Part shown: positions 21,881-24,000 of the stretch, in pieces
Layout of the letters: each line of letters opens with the position of its first letter
How positions within the stretch are numbered: the first letter of the stretch is position 1
Source: Salmonella enterica subsp. arizonae
Lineage (GTDB): Bacteria; Pseudomonadota; Gammaproteobacteria; Enterobacterales; Enterobacteriaceae
Direction: 5' to 3'
Assembly (NCBI RefSeq): GCF_008692845.1
Contig: NZ_VXJW01000005.1
Span: 262,165-286,164 of the forward strand
DNA: 24,000 bases
Position numbers and translations under genes: made by a program
Notes under the pieces: model-generated
Database searches by the model: none
What the model saw: only the letters and a program-made list of their open reading frames with translations
Told to the model about the DNA's origin: nothing

Positions 21881-23110
21881 ATGGTTATGCGCGTTGTTCT
21901 TATCTTGCTGTTCTTTTTCTCCGGCAATGTGTGTGCCGCGTTGCCCGCTCGTTATATGCAAACGACGAAAGACGCCGCCATTTGGTCGCAGATTGGCGAC
22001 AAAATGGTGACGGTGGGGAATATCCACGCCGGACAAATTCTTTCCGTAAAGCCCATTGCGGTTGACTATTATGCCTTTAAATTCGGCTTTGGCGTGGGGT
22101 TTATCGATAAAGGTCATCTTGGGCCTGTGCAGGGGAAACAAAAGGTGGAAGATAGTCTGGGCGATCTTAACAAGCCGTTAATTAATCAGAATCTGGTGAC
22201 CTGGAAGGATACGCCGGTGTATAACGCGCCGGACATCAGTAGCGCGCCGTTTGGCGTACTGGTGGATAATTTGCGTTACCCCATTATTAGTAAACTGACA
22301 GGCAGGCTACATCAAACCTGGTATCAGATCCGCATTGGCGACAGACTGGCGTATATCAGCGCTCTGGATGCGCAGGAAGACAACGGTATTCCGATTTTGA
22401 CCTATCATCACATCTTACGTGATGAAGAGAATACCCGTTTTCGTCATACTTCCACCACGACTTCGGTTCGGGCATTCAGCAACCAAATGACCTGGCTTCG
22501 CGATCGTGGTTATGCCACGTTGACGATGTACCAACTGGAGGATTACCTTCATAACCGCGCTAATTTCCCGGCTCGCGCGGTGGTTATCACGTTTGACGAT
22601 GGCCTCAAATCGGTAAGCCGCTATGCGTATCCGGTGTTGAAGCAATACGGTATGAAAGCGACGGCGTTTATTATCTCATCGCGTATTAAACGCCACCCGC
22701 AGAAATGGGTGCCGAAATCGCTACAATTTATGAGCGTTTCCGAGTTACGCAAGTTAAGCGATGTTTTTGATTTTCAGTCGCATACCCACTTTTTACACCG
22801 GGTAGACGGGTACAGGCACCCGATTTTATATAGCCGCAGCTACCACAATATTCTGTTTGATTTTGAACGTTCGCGACGGGCGTTGGTGCAGTTTAATCCT
22901 CACGTGCTTTATCTTTCGTATCCGTTTGGAGGCTATAACGCGACGGCGATCAAAGCGGCAAAAAATGCCGGGTTTCACCTGGCGGTGACAACGGTGAAAG
23001 GTAAGGTGAAGCCGGGGGATAATCCGTTCTTGTTAAAACGGTTGTATATTTTAAGAACGGATTCGCTGGAAACAATGTCGCGGCTGATTAGCAACCAGCC
23101 GCAGGGATAG
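21881..23110 (+). CDS. yadE: Polysaccharide deacetylase-family protein YadE (secreted)
   Basis: The 409-aa product has a signal peptide ([19 protein letters not shown]). NodB-type deacetylase motifs are present: VVITFDDG, and H-x-x-x-H in FQSHTHFLH. Confidence 0.88.
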   Translation: MVMRVVLILLFFFSGNVCAALPARYMQTTKDAAIWSQIGDKMVTVGNIHAGQILSVKPIAVDYYAFKFGFGVGFIDKGHLGPVQGKQKVEDSLGDLNKPLINQNLVTWKDTPVYNAPDISSAPFGVLVDNLRYPIISKLTGRLHQTWYQIRIGDRLAYISALDAQEDNGIPILTYHHILRDEENTRFRHTSTTTSVRAFSNQMTWLRDRGYATLTMYQLEDYLHNRANFPARAVVITFDDGLKSVSRYAYPVLKQYGMKATAFIISSRIKRHPQKWVPKSLQFMSVSELRKLSDVFDFQSHTHFLHRVDGYRHPILYSRSYHNILFDFERSRRALVQFNPHVLYLSYPFGGYNATAIKAAKNAGFHLAVTTVKGKVKPGDNPFLLKRLYILRTDSLETMSRLISNQPQG

Positions 23111-23115
23111 CGTAA

Positions 23116-23496
23116 TCAGGCAACCTGTACCGGAATGGCTTTTGCGGTGCGTTTCATTTCGTTGTCGCCTTCGAAGTAGGCAACGTTCGGGTGCCAGGTG
23201 CGCGCTTCTTCATCGCTCATGGTGACAAAGCTGGCAATAATGACAATATCACCCACGGAGGCGCAATGTGCCGCTGCCCCGTTAACGGAGATAATTTTAG
23301 AGCCACGCTCCGCCGCAATCGCATAGGTTGAGAAGCGCTTACCATTGGACACATTCCAGATATCAATGGCTTCGTTCTCCAGAATTCCGGCCGCGTCGAG
23401 AAAATCCTGGTCAATAGCGCAGGAACCCTCGTAATGCAGGTCAGCCTGGGTCACTTTGACGCGATGGAGCTTACCTTGTAACATTGTGCGAATCAT
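23116..23496 (-). CDS. panD: Aspartate 1-decarboxylase proenzyme (pyruvoyl-dependent)
   Basis: The 126-aa product is [33 protein letters not shown], with the Gly24-Ser25 self-processing site. Confidence 0.96.
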   Translation of the reverse strand: MIRTMLQGKLHRVKVTQADLHYEGSCAIDQDFLDAAGILENEAIDIWNVSNGKRFSTYAIAAERGSKIISVNGAAAHCASVGDIVIIASFVTMSDEEARTWHPNVAYFEGDNEMKRTAKAIPVQVA

Positions 23497-23674
23497 AACG
23501 TCTACCTTTAACTCTTATCAATAACGAAGCAGGCGGCACCTGCTTTGAGAAAATTCTCAGGCAGTATTGCCCGATTTTTACGGGGTGTCTATACATCGCG
23601 TGTCGTTTCCTTCCATTGTTTATGCGCTATTTTCCAGAGTCGGCAGTAATTTTTTTATCTTATTGATTTTTATC

Positions 23675-23886
23675 ATGATACGCCTCGTAAAAGTGGAAAA
23701 AACACTGGCCACGGCAATTTGCGAAGGGATACAGGAAAGTAAACGCGAAGCCCTGGGCAAGGCAAAAGTGAGGAGCGACGTAATATCGCCCGCTGTATGT
23801 TGGAGTGTGGAATGACGCGTGAGGCGGCAGCACAGATAACCACTTTAACGGATGATGAGATCGGACAGATAATCCGCTGGCGCTAG
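23675..23886 (+). pseudogene. Frameshifted C-terminal remnant of an Rpn / YhgA-like (transposase_31, PD-(D/E)XK) gene, at the position of E. coli yadD (rpnC)
   Basis: Two frames together read ...TLATAICEGIQESKREALGKAK | EERRNIARCMLECGMTREAAAQITTLTDDEIGQIIRWR* (second frame 23770-23886). This resembles the repeat-rich C-terminal tail of YhgA-like proteins (EG.Q.G..E....IA..ML..G......A..T.L...E...I). The nuclease body (~230 aa) is absent. Confidence 0.5.
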
Positions 23887-23911
23887 CGGTGGGTGCACCA
23901 GCGGCGACTAT

Positions 23912-24000
23912 TCAGGATAGTTCTATAATTTTATTGTCGATAAGCCGCGCTTGTCCCAGCCATGCGGACATCAGGATCACCGCGCGTTTACTGGCGTCCG
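23912..24000 (-). CDS. panC: Pantothenate synthetase, 3' end only (gene continues beyond the right edge)
   Basis: The minus-strand frame reads ...DASKRAVILMSAWLGQARLIDNKIIELS* with its stop at 23912-23914. AWLG.ARLIDNK matches the PanC C-terminus as I recall it, and the position next to panD is as in E. coli. Confidence 0.75.
   Translation of the reverse strand, partial: DASKRAVILMSAWLGQARLIDNKIIELS

Noticed and set aside
21817-22065. The 82-aa ORF overlapping the yadI stop and the yadE start.
   Set aside because: It is out of frame with the well-supported yadE, has no motif, and is Arg/Cys-rich, so it is a likely shadow ORF.
23567-23815. The 82-aa ORF downstream of the panD promoter region as a real small membrane protein gene.
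   Set aside because: Its first half is AT-rich, promoter-like sequence with no ribosome-binding site. Its second half is one frame of the Rpn-tail remnant, so the ORF is a chance fusion.

Overview
This is an enterobacterial, Salmonella-like core chromosome segment. As far as I recall the E. coli K-12 map, it is colinear with yacH-acnB-yacL / speDE-yacC-cueO-gcd-hpt-can-yadGHI-yadE-panD-panC. The main departure is a ~5.4 kb lac cassette lying between the convergent genes yacL and speD. In the cassette, lacI, a CAP site, the promoter, the operators and lacZ all look intact. lacY carries a frameshift, a nonsense codon and a ~1 kb deletion that fuses it to the last third of lacA. Two other non-core signals are present. 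At the left edge, a DUF2950 gene loses its 3' end to a ~38% G+C segment that carries a dead P-loop ATPase N-terminus. Between panD and panC there is a frameshifted C-terminal remnant of an Rpn (YhgA-like, transposase_31) gene. Regulatory sites readable by eye include a CueR/MerR-type promoter with a 19-bp spacer upstream of cueO, a perfect CRP palindrome between gcd and hpt, several intrinsic terminators, and REP-like hairpins. I saw no rRNA, tRNA, CRISPR array or intact mobile element. I do not find a convincing complete novel multi-gene system. The most interesting biology is the relocated, half-decayed lac operon and the possible island edge at the left border. All family assignments rest on my memory of E. 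coli proteins and motifs, not on searches.
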